64,000 bases of DNA. It comes from Chiloscyllium plagiosum. Its lineage: Eukaryota. This document shows, piece by piece, positions 37,045 through 51,290 of the stretch. Location of the stretch: positions 43,392,732 to 43,456,731 of the forward strand of contig NC_057719.1 of assembly GCF_004010195.1 (NCBI RefSeq). The letters run 5' to 3'. The translations under genes were made by a program, and so were the position numbers. How positions within the stretch are numbered: the first letter of the stretch is position 1; each line of letters begins with the position of its first letter. The notes below the pieces were generated by a model. That model was not told where the DNA came from, made no database searches, and was given only the letters and a program-made list of their open reading frames with translations.

Positions 37045-39835
37045 GTCTCAGAGAGGGTGCCGAATGTTCTCAAAGGAGAGAGGGACCAGCAGGAGGGCAT
37101 TGTACATATTGGTACCAATGACATAGGAAGAGAAAAGGATGAGCTTCTGAAGGGAGAATATAGAAAGTTAGGCAGGAATTTAAAAATGAGGTTCTCGAGG
37201 TTAGTAATATCTGGATTACTCCTAGTGATACGAGCTAGTGAGGGTAGGAATAAGAGGATAGCACAGACGAATACATGGCTGAGGAGCTAGTGTATGGGGG
37301 AGAATATTCCTGGAACTACATCCTGGGAGGTTATTTGGGTGGAACTCAGAAATAATATAGACCCCCTAATAGTCAGCGGGAAATTGAAAAACAAATTTTT
37401 AAGGAGATTTCAGTTATCCCAAACAATAATACGGTGGTTATGGCAGGGGATTTTAACTTTCCAAACACAGACTGGGTCTGCCATAGTGTTAAGGGTTTAG
37501 ATGGAGAGGAATTTGTTATGAGTGTACAAGAACATTTTCTAAGTCAGTATGTTGATGTACCTACTAAAGAAGGTGCAAAACTTGACCTACTCTTGGGATA
37601 TAAGGCAGGGCAGGTGACTCAAGTGTCGGTGGGAGAGCATTTTGGGGCCAGCAAACATAATTCCTTCAGTTTTAAAATAGTGATGCAAAAGGATGGTCCA
37701 GATCTAAAAGTTGAAGTTCTAAATTGGACGAAGGTTAATTTTGATAGTATGAGGCAAGAACTTTCAAAAGCTGATTGGTGCAGATGTTCGCAGGTAAAGG
37801 GATGGCTGGAAAATGGAATGCCTTCAGGAATGAGATAACAAGAGTCCAGAGACAGTATATTCCTGTTCGGGTGAAAGGAAAGGCTGGTAGGGTAGAGGAA
37901 TTGAGGGTTTAGTTAAGAAAAAGGAGGAAGTATATGTCAGGTATAGACAGGATAGATCGAGTGAATCCTTAGAAGAGTATAAAGGAAGGAGTATACTTAA
38001 GAGGGAAATCAGGAGGGCAAAAAGGGGACATGAGATAGCTTTGGCAAATAGGGTTAAAGAGAATCCAAAGAGTTTTTACAAATACATTAAGGATAAAAGG
38101 GTAACTATGGAGCGAATAGGGCCAGCAAGGCAAAGATCAGCAAGGCAACCAATGTGTGGAACCGCAGGAGATGAGGGAGATACTAAATGAGTATTTTGCA
38201 TCAATGTTTACTGTGAAGAAGGACATGTAAGATATAGAATGTGGGAAACAGATGCTGACATTTTGTAAAACGTCCACATTACAGAGGAAGAAGTTCTGAG
38301 TGTCTTGAAACGCATAAAAGTGGGAAGCTGGGAAAGTGATTGCTGGGCCCCTTGCTGAGATATTCATATCATCGATAGTCACAGGTGAGGTGCCAGAAGA
38401 CTGGAGGTTGGCTAACGTGGTACCATTATTGAAGAAAGGTGGTAAGGACAATCCAGGGAACTATAGACTAGTGAGCCTTGACTTCGGTGGTGGGCAAGTT
38501 GTTGGAGCGAATTCTGAAGGACAGGATTTACACATGTTTGGAAAGGCGAGGACTGATTTGGGATAGTCAACATGGCTTTGTGCGTGGGAAATCATGTCTC
38601 ACAAACTTGATCGAGTTTTTTGAAAAAGTAACAAAGAGGATTGATGAGAGCAAAGCAGTAGACATGATCTATATGAACTTCAGTAAGGCGTTCGACAAGG
38701 TTCCCCAAGGGAGACTGGTTAGCGAGATTAGATCTCATGGAATACATGGAGAACTAGCCATTTGAATACAGAACTGGCTCGAAGGTAGAAGACAGAGGGT
38801 GTGGTGGACGGTTGTGTTTCAGACTGGAGGCCTGTGACCAGTGGAGTGCCACAAGGATCGGTGCTGGGTCCACTATTTTTCGTCATTTATATAAATGATG
38901 TGGATGTGAACATAGGAGATATAGTTAATAAGTTTGCAAATGACACAAAAATTGGAAATGTAGTGGGCAGCGAAGACGGTTACCTCAGATTACAACGGGA
39001 TCTTGATCGGGTGGGCCAATGGGCTGAGGAGCGGCAGGTGGAGTTTAATTTCGATAAATGTGATGTGCTGCATTTTGGAAAATCAAATCTTAGCAGGATT
39101 TACAAACTTAATGGTAAGGTCCTAGGGAGATTCCTTGGAATGCAGGTTAATAGCTCCTTGAGAGAGTCACAGGTAGATAGGATAGTGAAGGCTGCATTTG
39201 GTATGCTTTCCTTTAATGGCCAGAGCATTGAGTATAGGATTGGGAGGTCATGTTGCGGCCTTACAGGACATTGGCTAGGCCACTTTTGGAATATTGCTTG
39301 CAATTCTGGTCTCTTTCCTATCGGAAGGATGTTGTGAAACTTGAAAGGGTTCAAAAAAGATTTACAAGGATGTTGCCAGGGTTGGAGGAATTGACATATA
39401 GGGAGATGCTGAATAGGCTCAGGCTGTTTTACCTGGCGTGTCGAAGGCTAAGGGGTGACCTTATAGTGGTTTATAAAATCATGAGGCGCATGGATAGAAT
39501 AAACAGACAAAGTATTTTCCCTGGGGTCGAGGAGTCTAGAACTAGAGGGCATAAGCTTACTGTGAGAGGAGAAAAATAGAGAAGGGCCTAAGGGGCAGCA
39601 TTTTCACACACAGGGTGGTGCGAGTATGGAATGAGCTGCCAGAGGAAGTGGTGGAGGTGGTACAATTGCAACATTTAAAAGGTATCTGGATGGGTATTTG
39701 AATAGGAAATGTTTGGAGGGATATGGGCCAAGCGCTGGCAAATGGGACTAGATCAGGTTGGGATATCTAGTTGGCGTGGACAAGTTGGACCAAAGGGTCT
39801 GTATCTGTGCTGTACATCTCTATGACCTTATGACT
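37045..39835 (+). mobile_element. Long CR1 (HER1-like) LINE nested in the PLE: ORF1 esterase-like region, APE and RT, disabled
   Basis: VHIGTNDIG/VISGLL (ORF1), MAGDFNFP/LDLLL (APE), GVPQGSVLGP and FANDTK (RT; FADD mutated); frameshifts and internal deletions. Confidence 0.92.
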
Positions 39836-40840
39836 GTACGTTATGTATTTTTTGAACAAAATAAAATATAATTCTGCAAATACACATTCAATCCATAAAC
39901 TTATATGTGTGTGCATGCAGGAGAGACAGAGTGAGTGTGTCTGTGAGAGTGTGAGTGAATGTGAGAGTGTATGTGTATGCATGGTAAAGTATGTGTGTGA
40001 GTGTGATGGGGTATAAGCCTGTGAGGGTGCGTGCATGGGTGTGATTGTGGGGCGTGTATGTGTGCCTATGAGAGAGGGTGTATGCTAGTTCAAGAGAGCG
40101 CATATAATGTAGTGGGGTCACCTATAGTGTGACATGAACCCAAGGTCCCGGTTGAAACCATCCTCATGGGTACTGAACTTGGCTATTAGCCTCTGCTTGG
40201 CCACTTTGCATTATTGCTTATCCAAAAGTCCACCTTGGAGAATGTCCCAGGCCGGTGAAGTATTCCCCGACTGGGAGGGAACACCCTTGCTTGGTGATTG
40301 TTGCGCAGTGTACATTCAACCATTATCGTAGCGTCTGCTCTGTCTCGCAAATGTACTATGCCCCAGGGCATGTCTCTCACACATTCTTTACCAAGCTTAC
40401 ACATACACGTATACACTCTCGCTCACATGCACTCACACTGACTCTGTCTCTCCGACACGCGCACACATATGTTTATGGGACTAATCTGTATTTGCAGAAT
40501 TTTATTTTGCTCAAAAAATGCATAACCTCCAGTCAATCCATATAAGATTCTGTAAATCCCACTTTCGAAATAAAACCAGTCTGACTCAAGATTGGGACAC
40601 AGAGTTACTTTAACCTCACACCTTTAATGCACTGTCTAAGCTGAGATGACACATTTTGTTCGAAAACCTAAAGTTATCTTGAGAATGTGACTTAAAAGGA
40701 GTTCTGGGATTTACATAATAACAAACTGAAACTAGGAAAACCATTCTAAAATGTGAAAGATTTTAAGTGCTTAATATATTTCAGCCGCATGATACTGTAA
40801 TCTTTTGCTATAAATTCTGTGTCTTATGGTCCTGCTCCAC

Positions 40841-40881
40841 AACCACCTGATGAAAGAGCAGCGCTTCGAAAGCTAGTGGTT
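40841..40881 (+). ncRNA. Minimal type-I hammerhead ribozyme motif in a PLE terminal repeat
   Basis: AACCAC CTGATGA A AGAGC AGC GCTTC GAAA GC TA GTGGTT: 6-bp stem I, intact core, palindromic AGCT stem III, CUA triplet; A-C mismatch at the base of stem II. Confidence 0.7.
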
Positions 40882-41216
40882 CCAAATAAATTCTTTGGAC
40901 TATAACCTGGTAATGTATGATTTTTAACTTTGGCCACCTGAGTCCAACACCAGCTCCTCCAAATTATAAAATAAGCAAGTCACTGATTTCAATGTTATTA
41001 ATTATAAAAAGTGCAAACTAAGTTAGTGAGAAAAAAGACTTTGGGTAACAACCAACTTGACATTCTGTACAAGTTTTTATATATATTGTGTATGTAACGT
41101 AGCTAATGGAAATAATGTGCAGTCATTTACCAATACACTACAGAAGCAGGTATAATGCATAATACATTGTTAAATCACATCAAAATACTAAATTGATAAT
41201 TAGTTGTATTACCTAC

Positions 41217-41334
41217 CAAAGAAAGGCACACAAGGTGGATTTATTGACTTAAGTTTAGCTAGGTACTTCTTGAAATGGTCTTGACTTAGGTCCACTGCTT
41301 CTTCTAAAACTTTTTTCTTTCTCTCAGGCAATGC
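41217..41334 (-). CDS. SOS2: SOS2 exon 17 (CDC25)
   Basis: [46 protein letters not shown]; 118 nt. Confidence 0.96.
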
Positions 41335-41599
41335 CTATGTAAAATATGTAATAAAAGGTGCTCCAATGTAGTTTAAAGAAATCAAGTGCTAGATAATTTT
41401 AAAAAAATACCGGGAAGTCAAATTCCTTTAAAACTGACAGTTATGATAGAAATTCAACATTTATTTGAATTAAAAGTAGTTTGTTTTCATTTTCTTATTA
41501 ATAACAGCATCTCTGACATTGCACTCTGATTTTTCATACAGGATTCACATTTGTCAAACAAGAAAAGAGAATAGGTTTTTTTTTATTCCTAAAAGGACA

Positions 41600-42620
41600 C
41601 AAGATAAACCGAAAACAGGGTACTTAGTTTAACCTCAGTGTTGGAAAAGCTTTTAAAAATATTAAAGCAAAATAATTACAGACACTTGAACAAATGTAGA
41701 TTAATTAAGGAAAGTCAACACAGATTTGTTGAAACTAGATCATGCATAACTAATAGGTTTGTGCATTTTTTGGTGAGATAATGCGGGGGGGGGGGGGGGG
41801 TTGATGACGATAATGCAATTAAGTTGGTGTACATTCACTTTCACAATGGATTATAAGATAAAGCCATTAATAAAGTTGCAAAATTGGCAAATAATTGGTA
41901 AATAAAGTTTCAACAAATAAATGCATCGTCACAAATTTTAATAGGAAGAATAAGGAGGTAACGTGTTACTTGGAATTTGCAAGTCTAGGTAGGTAGAGGG
42001 GATAAGGAATCTCAGAATACAAACACACTGATTACAAAGTTATGCCACAAGTCAACAAGGTAAAAAAAAACAAAAAGTAAACCATTCATCTGATCTTATT
42101 TTTAGAGGCTCAGCATTTAAAAGTAAGGAGGTTATGTTAAATCTGTCTCCAACATTGCCTCGACCACACAGGGTATGGTGTATAATTCTGTTTTCCCTAT
42201 TGTAGAAAGGATAGAGACATACTGGAGAGCGTACAGAGATGATTTATAGGGATAATACTAAAAGGGTGAGAGTATTTGAATCAATGAAGGATCAACAGGC
42301 TGGTCTCTTTTATCGTGAAAAGAGGATGAGATTTCAACATTATGAAAGATTTTGATAGAGTAATGTTTCTCTTGTAGCGAGAAGCTAACAATATAAAATA
42401 ATAACCAAGACATCCAGAAAAAATTTCTTTCCCTTACATGATTTTGCTAGTAGAGGTGAATATAATAGTTCCATTCAAAGATAGACCACCACATGAAAAG
42501 AAAGCGGATTAGAGGGTTACAATGATTGGAATTAGATTAGTAAAGGTGGGAGAAGGCTCGAGTAAATCATCTATTTTGACATGTACTAGTTGAGCCAAAT
42601 AGCCTGTTTCAATGACAATT
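41600..42620 (+). mobile_element. Highly degenerate CR1 with an internal G16 run (41785-41800)
   Basis: Residual KESQH.FV..RSC.TN and LE.VQR.F patterns. Confidence 0.55.
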
Positions 42621-43511
42621 ATCCTGTGTTTAATCTCAGTCAGTTTAAAATCCACAAATTTCTCTCCATTCTGTGAAACACTGACCACTCTTAAATTTAC
42701 ACACATTGTAAAGACAAAATTAGGAACAAAAAAAGAGGGACACCACATCATCACAAACCACAAACAGACTCAGTGTCATTCAAAGAAGTTTTTAACTTTG
42801 TGCACATCAGATGCTATCAAGTGAGAACCTCAACCAGGCAGAAGTAACTGACTACATTATTCTTTTAAATCATAAGAAGGAGAATGTGCATGACACAACA
42901 ACACAATCCCAGCTAAAATTGGGAACTTCTGAAAACATTTTCTCTTATTTAAACTCCCCCTCGCCTCTCCCTACCTCAAGCTGTTAGAGTTAATGTTGTA
43001 TAATATTGAGCAAGGGTAGGAAGGAGGAAGTGACGAAGAAGAAAAATAAAGGAAAACACTTACATTAAGATTACATTACACTTAAATTAAAACACAAATT
43101 AAAAAAAAAATCACCTTAGCATCACCATCTTTTAAATCATTGACAAATAATGGTGAATAATGGTGAATGGTGAAACGCAGGAAGAACAAAATCAACAGAA
43201 AGCATTTTCTGAATTGTGCAACTTTCTCCAAGTAGCTGTTAATTGATCTGTTATTATAATGATATTTTATATACAGGTTCAAACTATAATTGGTCATTGT
43301 TGTACATACTGGATGAAAGATTCAGATTTATCAGATTTGTTCCATATAGGTCAATTACAAATAAGATGATTAACTGCCTAACATATATTAATTGAATATT
43401 CAAATAGCAGCTGATAAATTGACTGACAGTTATATTTAAAAATGAACAGTGCTTTTTACTTGAATAATAGAAATAATTGCAAATATTAATTGATCAGGAG
43501 GTGCAAAACTA

Positions 43512-43862
<351 letters not shown>

Positions 43863-45562
43863 TCAAGTGTTGTAAAGATAGTAAATAGAGGTGCCTGATT
43901 ACCATATATACTCAGTTAATAGTCAATCTTGTCTACAAGTCCATCTTGACTTTTGCCAAAAAATTCCAACTTTTTTTACTTGCCATCTTCATTGTCAAAA
44001 TCAACTTGTCCTCGTGCAAACCTGCTCGTTCAAAGGTAAATAGTCAGCTCCTCTTGTCTGCATAGAGTAATAAAAATATTTTGAGTCCTTTTGTGCTCAA
44101 CATGGAGACGGGGTTGACAGGAACAGTCTCTGACTTTGCAACTCTTATAATCAGCTGAGGTACTGTTTGCAGCTTTTTAAAAAATATTCATTTATTGAAA
44201 ACGAGATCACTGGCTGGGCCAGCATTTGTTGCCCACCTCCAAGTGCCCTTGGAAAGGTGTTGGTGAGAACTCCCAGGGCTCTCCCTCCTGACTCTACACT
44301 GGTGGCACATGACATACCCAGGGTAGTGATCATGTTGTCTGGGTCTTGTGAGTATGACTACATTAGGCGGTTTCTGCATGTGGAATAGCTCACCCAATTT
44401 TAGCACTAGCCCCCAGACGTTGGTGAGGAGAACTTGCAGAGTTAGTAGGGCTGAGGTTATCATTGTCATTCCGGTGCCTACGTTGATGCCAGAGGGCTTG
44501 CTTGATTTTAATCCTATCGTGAGATTTTTTTAAATGGGTTGATACAACTGAATATCTTTTTATGTCATTTCAGAGGGTGGTTGAGAGTCAACCACATTGA
44601 TGTGGGTCTGCAGTCACAGACTAGACCAGACATAGATGAGAACCTCTGTCGCTAGCATGTTACCTGGGTCTCTGCATTATTAGTCCAGTGACAATAGCAA
44701 GAAAATGGAAGAGGATAAAGAAGAATACTTGCATACAATGGATTCTTACTTGACAAAATCTTGGTAGAGAAACAGAATCCCAAAACAAGCATATACTTTG
44801 AGTTCTTGGTAAAGAGTGGCTTACTGGCTTAAGTCTCCTTAATGTCCCACTGGACAGGACATGGTGTTTGTATACATAACATTAAAGTATGGAATAAGCT
44901 GCTGAAAAGTGATAGATTTATATATGTATATATTACCTTTTTAAGAAGTCAGATTTTCAAAATAGTGGTACATGAGTGTGGTTATTTTTGTGAAGGGTTA
45001 ATTTAAGAAAAAACTAGGTCAGATAGTCCTTCTGGAACAGCAACCTGATCTATATGCATGAGAAAGTATTAGCCCCTAAGATGTTAACACTGAATGTTTC
45101 ACGACAAGTGGAGGAAACATTGAAGGCCATTAGCTTGTCTTTAGAATAGAATAATCAAGGATTGAAAGTTCCAATGTGAGCTCTAAGGAGACCTGACTAG
45201 AGTCAGAAGAAAATATAACCTCTCTTCAAGGAAGAGTTTCATCCAGAACAGTTCAAACAATAATTTATCTCAATAGAAATGTTTAATTTGTGCAACTTCC
45301 AGTCCAGGAATATTTAGCTCGAAATTGGCTGGTTATCAGAAGCTCTCAGGTGTATGGTTATAATTGTAAGAAAACTTCACAGTTCACAAGAAACAAACTA
45401 GGGAGAATCAATTAACTCAAATTTGAAGTTTGACATGGAAATATAATTTCTCTTGATGAATTGTTACAAAGTGATGATGGTGGGAAATAGACTGAAACTT
45501 TGTTTTGGTGGAAAATTTAACATTTTTCGAACTGTGATTTATATCTACGTAGATTATTCTTT

Positions 45563-45835
45563 TTAGATTAGATTAGATTAGATTACAGTGTGAAAACAGG
45601 CCCTTCGGCCCAACAAGTCCACACCGACCCGACGAAGCGAAACCCACCCATACCCCTACATTTACCCCTTACCTAACACTACGGGCAATTTAGTATGGCC
45701 AATTCACCTGACCCTGCACATCTTTTGGATGGTGGGAGGAAACCGGAGCACCCGGAGGAAACCCACGCAGACACGGGGAGAACGTGCAAACTCCACACAG
45801 TCAGTCGCCTGAGGCGGGAATTGAACCCGGGTCTC
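45563..45835 (-). mobile_element. HE1-like SINE, 5'-truncated just before the B box
   Basis: (TAATC)n tail, high similarity to 30686-30995, B box present, A box missing. Confidence 0.88.
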
Positions 45836-46915
45836 AATTTCTGTCATGTTGTTTAAATAAAGCTCTGTAGCCCTACATAACTACCTACAATGAATGACCA
45901 CCAAGTTTATTAAAATAAAGACAAATAATCTGTCAGGTGAAGTTTCATTCTATGATCTGACTTGTCTAGTAGTACCATCAGCTGGGATCATAACAGAAAT
46001 ACTTGACTTGAAACGTGGTCATGACAGGAGACTCCCAGGAGGATAATGAAGATATTTTAGAGATGTCATCAAAGCATAACCCTGAACAGGTTAAACATCC
46101 ATCATTGCCTCATAACCAACCAAAATGGAGAAAGTTAGTTTGTGAAGGCACCAAAAACAAAGTATTTGTCAGATATATACTCAGGCAACGTCCAGACACT
46201 GGAGAAAGCACACAAATCATCAAACAATTTATCTATTTACCTCCCTGCATGTGACATGTCTGTAGATCGCACATTGAATCGATCAACCATTTCAGAACCC
46301 TCTGAACCCGAATGAAAGCAAATCATCCTCAATCTCAAGGGATTGCCTAAAATAATTTTTGTTTTTAAAAGGGTTATGGCTATAGATGCAATTTAAAGTG
46401 AGCAGTTTAATTTGGCTCCTATGTCTCTTTACTGTCTTATTCTTAACACTTTAGAAATTATGTTTAAAGGGAGCCAGCACAACCCAACATGTCACCAAAA
46501 ACGTTTCCAATTATCAAACATAAACCCAGTTTCTGTGGAAATGCAGAAGGCAAGAAAGAAAAGTCAAGCCAGATAATATAACAGAACAAAATATTACAAA
46601 ACTGGCGTTTAACCAGCCAAGTTAAAGTTTTTCAACTCTTCCAGTGGCTGTACCATTTTCTGTGTTGGACTATTATAATGACAAGAAATGCTCCCTTAAA
46701 AAATGTCTGATTGAACATAATCATGGAAGGCTGCAATTTTTTGATAGGACCATTGCATCAATAAACATCCAGATATTCTTACTTTCATTAAAATGATTCA
46801 GGATAATACGCTCAATCAAATTATTTTCCGATCCCAAGAGGACACAAAAAGCATCACTGTCGAGTCAAGGTACAGCACTTAATTGATGATCAATGATTCA
46901 ACTACTCTAGCCAAT

Positions 46916-47531
46916 TGTGATAACACCATAGCTTTCAGAGGTGCATTTTCTTCTGGTCTTTTTAATGAAGAAATGTTGAGACAGAGATGCCAATCAGTCT
47001 GCTCAAAGCCAATAAAGAAAACAGCTTGAGGCGCCTTGGGAATTTTTTTAAAACTTGGAACAACAGAAGCAGCTTGAATGGATGGGGTCAAGCTCCCACA
47101 CAACCAGGATTTTTAATTTTAGCTTTCAGCAATTGCTGGGGTCTTGACATTGGATGTGGAAACTCCTATTCCTCTCTGTTACAGCTAAAAGCTGGGGTTC
47201 TCTTCCTGCTGCTAGAATTGCATGTGAGACAATCTAATTTACTGAATTTGCTTTTGCCAAATTTGCCTTTATTTATGGGATATTACTGTACTGGAATATT
47301 TGATTTTTTTTAGCATTTCAATAGTGTTATGGTTAAGCCAATTCTTTTACTTTAGTGTTACTTTGTCTGTATTTTAACAGTGTAAAAATAAAGTGCTTAA
47401 AGTCAAGTAGTTTGACCAATCAAATTGCATCTGGAATGCAATGTCTTATACTTACCTTTAAAATAAGAAGAGTTAGGGTCAAGGCTATCTTCTTAATATA
47501 TTTTGAGGGAGTTTGGTCTGGTTCTTTTACA
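46916..47531 (+). mobile_element. Solo LTR
   Basis: TGTGA...TTACA termini, 4-bp TSD CAAT (46912-46915 / 47532-47535), internal AATAAA near 47387. Confidence 0.65.
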
Positions 47532-47535
47532 CAAT

Positions 47536-49820
47536 ATAGAACATAGATAAATACAGCACAGAACAGGCCCTTAGGCCCACAATGTTGTGCTGAGATTTAA
47601 TCCTAATGTAAAATATAGTAACAACCTATGCACCCCTCAACTCTCTGCTATCCATGTGCATGTCCAGCAGTCGCTTAAATGTCCCCAATGACTTCGCTCC
47701 CACCACCTCAGCTGGCAATGCATTCCATCATTGACAAGTCTCTGCGTACAGAACTTACCTCTGATGTCTCCTTTATACCTTCCTCCTAATATCTTCAAAC
47801 TATGATTTCTCGTACTAGTCAATCCTGCCCTGGGGCAAAGTCTCTGGCTATTGATTCTATCCTCTCATTATCTTGTACACCTCGATCAGGTCTCCTCTCT
47901 TCCTTCTTCTCTCCAGAGAGAAACGTCTGAGCTTATTCAATCTTTCTTCATAAGACAAGCCCTTCAGTCCAGGCAGCATCCTGGTAAACCTTCTTTGCAC
48001 CCTCTCCATAGCCTCTGTATCTTTCCTACAGTAGGGCGACCAGAAGTGGACCAAAAGTATTCCAAGTATGGCCTCACCAGGGACTTGTAGAGCTGCAGCA
48101 AACCTCGCAGCTCTTAAACGATCCCCCAGTTAATGAAAGCCAAAACACCATATGCTTTCTTAATAACCCTATCCACTTGGGTGGCAACTTTGAGGGATCT
48201 GTGTACTTGTACACCCACATCCTTCTGTTCCTCCATACTGCCAAGAATCCTGTCTTTAATCCTATATTCAGCATTCGAGTTCGACCTTCCAAAATGCATC
48301 AATCACTTTGCATTTATCCAGATTGAACACCTTCTGCCATTTCTCAGCCCAGCTCTGCATCCTGCCTATATCCCGCTGCAGTCTGCAGTAGCCTTCTATA
48401 CTCTCGACGACACCTCCAATCTTTGTGTCATCTGCAAATTTACTAACACACCCCTCAACCTCCTCATCCAAGTCATTTATAAAAACTACAAAGAGCAGAG
48501 GCCCAAGAACAGAGCTCTGCGGGACCCCACTCAGCACTGTCTTCCAGGCAGAATACTTTTCATCTACAAACACTCTGCCTTCTGTCAGCCAGCCAATTCT
48601 GAACCAGATAGCCAAATCTCCCTGTATTCCATACTTCCTGACTTTATGAATGAGCCTACCAGGGGGAACCCTATCAAATGCCTTGCTGAAGTCCAAATAC
48701 ACCACATCTACTGCTCAACCCTTGTCGACCTGTCTTGACACCTCCTCAAAGAACTCAATAAGATTTGTGAGGCATGACCTGCCCCTCACAAAGCCATGCT
48801 GACTGCCTTTAATCACACTATGCTTTGCCAAATAGTCATAAATCCTATCCCTCAGAATTCTTTCCAAAACTTTGCTGACCACAGACGTGAGACTGACTGG
48901 TCTGTAATTGCCAGGAATTTCCCTATTACCCTTCTTGAAAAGTGGAACAACATTCGCCTCCTTCCAATCCTCCGGTACGACTCCCGTGGAGAGTGAGGAG
49001 ACAAATATCCTCGCCAGTGGCTTAGCAACCTCCTTTCTCGCTTCATGGAACAGCCCAGGATACATCTGGTCTGGCCCGAGGGACTTATCAATCGTAATGC
49101 TTTCCAAACTTTCTAGCACATCATCGTCAACAATCTTGATCTGGTCAAGACTGTATCCCAGCTCCTCAAAGTTTTCATTTACAACAAGTTCCCTTTCCTT
49201 GGTGAAAACTGAAACAAAAAACTCATTTAACGCTTCCCCTATCTGCTCAGACTCCATGCATGAGTTCCCTCCGCTATCCCTGATCGGCCCTACCTTCTCC
49301 CTGGTCATTCTCTTATTCCTCATGTATGAGTAAAACGCCTTTGGGTTCTCCCTAATCCTTCTTGCCCAGCCTTTTTTGTGCCCCCTCCTGGCTCTCCTCA
49401 GTCCATTTCTGAGCTCCTTTCCAGCAAGCCTGTAATCCTCCAAAGCAGTGCTAGATCCTTGCTTCCTCCACCTTATGTAAGCTGCCTTCTTCCTTTTGAT
49501 GAGAAGGTCCTTTGTTCTTGTCATCCAAGATTCCTTAATCTTACCCCTTCTTACCTGTCTCAGAGGAACAAATTTGTGCATCACTCGCAACTGCTCCTTA
49601 AATAGTCTCCACATGTCTGCTGTGCCCTTTCTGTGGAACAATTTCTCCCAGTCTGTACTTCCCAACTCCTGTCTGATAGCGTCATAATTTCCTTTTCCCC
49701 AATTAAATATCTTCCCTCGGTAACTGCTCCTTTCACTCTCCAAGGCTATGCTAAATGTGAGGCAGTTGTGACCACTTTCACCAAAGTGCTCTCCCACCGC
49801 AAGATCTGACACCTGAACAG
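47536..49820 (-). mobile_element. CR1 LINE (second subfamily), 5'-truncated
   Basis: ORFs 48715-49866 and 48268-48705 (YLDFSKAFD, FADDTK); (TTCTATG)n tail. Confidence 0.93.
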
Positions 49821-50021
49821 ACCATACTCCTTTAGTATTAACCCAAAGTGATAAAGACATTAACAAAACAGATTAGGTTCAGGTGGGAATTAATGGAACC
49901 ATAGAAACCAAAGCTGTAAACATGCAGGTCTGAAAGTAATATTACAAACCTGTGGTTTTAAACAGTTACTTTCCAGGAACACAGTCACATTCATGTATAC
50001 AGTAGATCAGCATTCTACTTA

Positions 50022-50204
<183 letters not shown>

Positions 50205-51074
50205 TCATAAGAACAAAGTCACATCTAATTATCAGGAGGTCTGAGAACAAAGTTTAGTTCCTCAAATTTTATTGAAAGACTAAAACATTTATGCTGTGGC
50301 TATTATTTTTCATTTTTACAGAGGTCTTAAAAAACAAACATCCAAAAGCACTTGAATATTATCCCAGTAAATAATTTTAATTGCTAGAGAAGGATAGAGT
50401 TTCAGTAATAACAATTTATGTCAACATTGATATTACAAGTTAGGCATGCACAAAATTGGAACAATTATTGTCTGGCCCCAATAACCCAATTGGAAATAAT
50501 CATTAAATCAAATAATAGGAGAGACTTGGCTCAAACCCACTATGTTTGACTGCAAGCTGACCACTTCTGCATTACATCAACACACTTTTCTTAAAAATAT
50601 AGACTGCTTACAGAAATAATAATACATTATAATTCAACCAACTATTTTATTGATGGTTCCCTTTTCATACACTTTATATGTTTGGAATTCATTCAGCTTT
50701 CTCATTAAGCTCGTATTATATGTGACATGAAGTGCATCTCAACCCCCTTCTACCCATAGCAATATAACAGGGAAAAAAATATGACTTGAAACAATAATCA
50801 AGAAAGCAAGATTTTTAAAATTAAAATATAATTGCACAAGTATTATGCAGAACTGCAAGAATTTTGACATTACCTGTATTTTTAAAATGGATTATTACAT
50901 TTTACTGTCAATTGACGTTGCAAGAGACTACCTTATAATCAAATACCATCTTCTGCAAAGTAAAAATTGTACAAAGGCTACTAAAATTATATGGGTTCAC
51001 TACTGAATTAGCAGAAATTATTTTTGAACATACTTTTCTTCCTGCAAGTAGTATGTCTGAAAGGTGAACAAGGT

Positions 51075-51290
51075 AAAGGGAAGGTAAAATTGACATTGTC
51101 TGACCAGACCATAGGGCTGCTCCCTCATTAGAGACAGACTGGTGATGGTTTAACTTTCGGGTCAGCAAGCCTCAGGTGAGGGGAGAGGTTGAGAAGGAGA
51201 ATCCTCAGCCAATGCGGGAACTGAACCCAAATTATTAGCAATCTGCATTACAAAACAGCCAACCAAACAACAGAGCTAGCCAACCCCCAA
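51075..51290 (-). mobile_element. tRNA-derived SINE of another family
   Basis: Minus strand starts GGGGTTGGCTAGCTC and has B-box-like GGTTCAGTTCC; both ends recur joined at ~51520-51560. Confidence 0.5.

Larger units (their letters stand above)
36324..40961 (-). mobile_element. Second-family (Neptune-like) Penelope element with inverted terminal repeats and 13-bp TSD, split by two CR1 insertions
   Basis: TSD AATTATAAAATAA 36311-36323 / 40962-40974; arm 36722-37043 plus 39835-40080 is inverted relative to 40375-40846; decayed GIY-YIG on the minus strand ~40120-40375 (YICETEQTLR, SLPVGEYF, QRLIAKFSTHEDGFNRDLGFMSHY). Confidence 0.85.

Noticed and set aside
39905..40470. (TG)n/(CA)n-rich tracts as independent microsatellites
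   Set aside because: They are the two inverted copies of a low-complexity part of the PLE terminal repeat
41785..41800. G16 homopolymer as a functional G-quadruplex
   Set aside because: Lies in a decayed CR1; simple slippage or a sequencing artefact is more likely
48715..49866. 383-aa ORF as a host gene or active LINE
   Set aside because: Internal CR1 ORF2 piece, 5'-truncated and broken by a stop and frameshifts downstream
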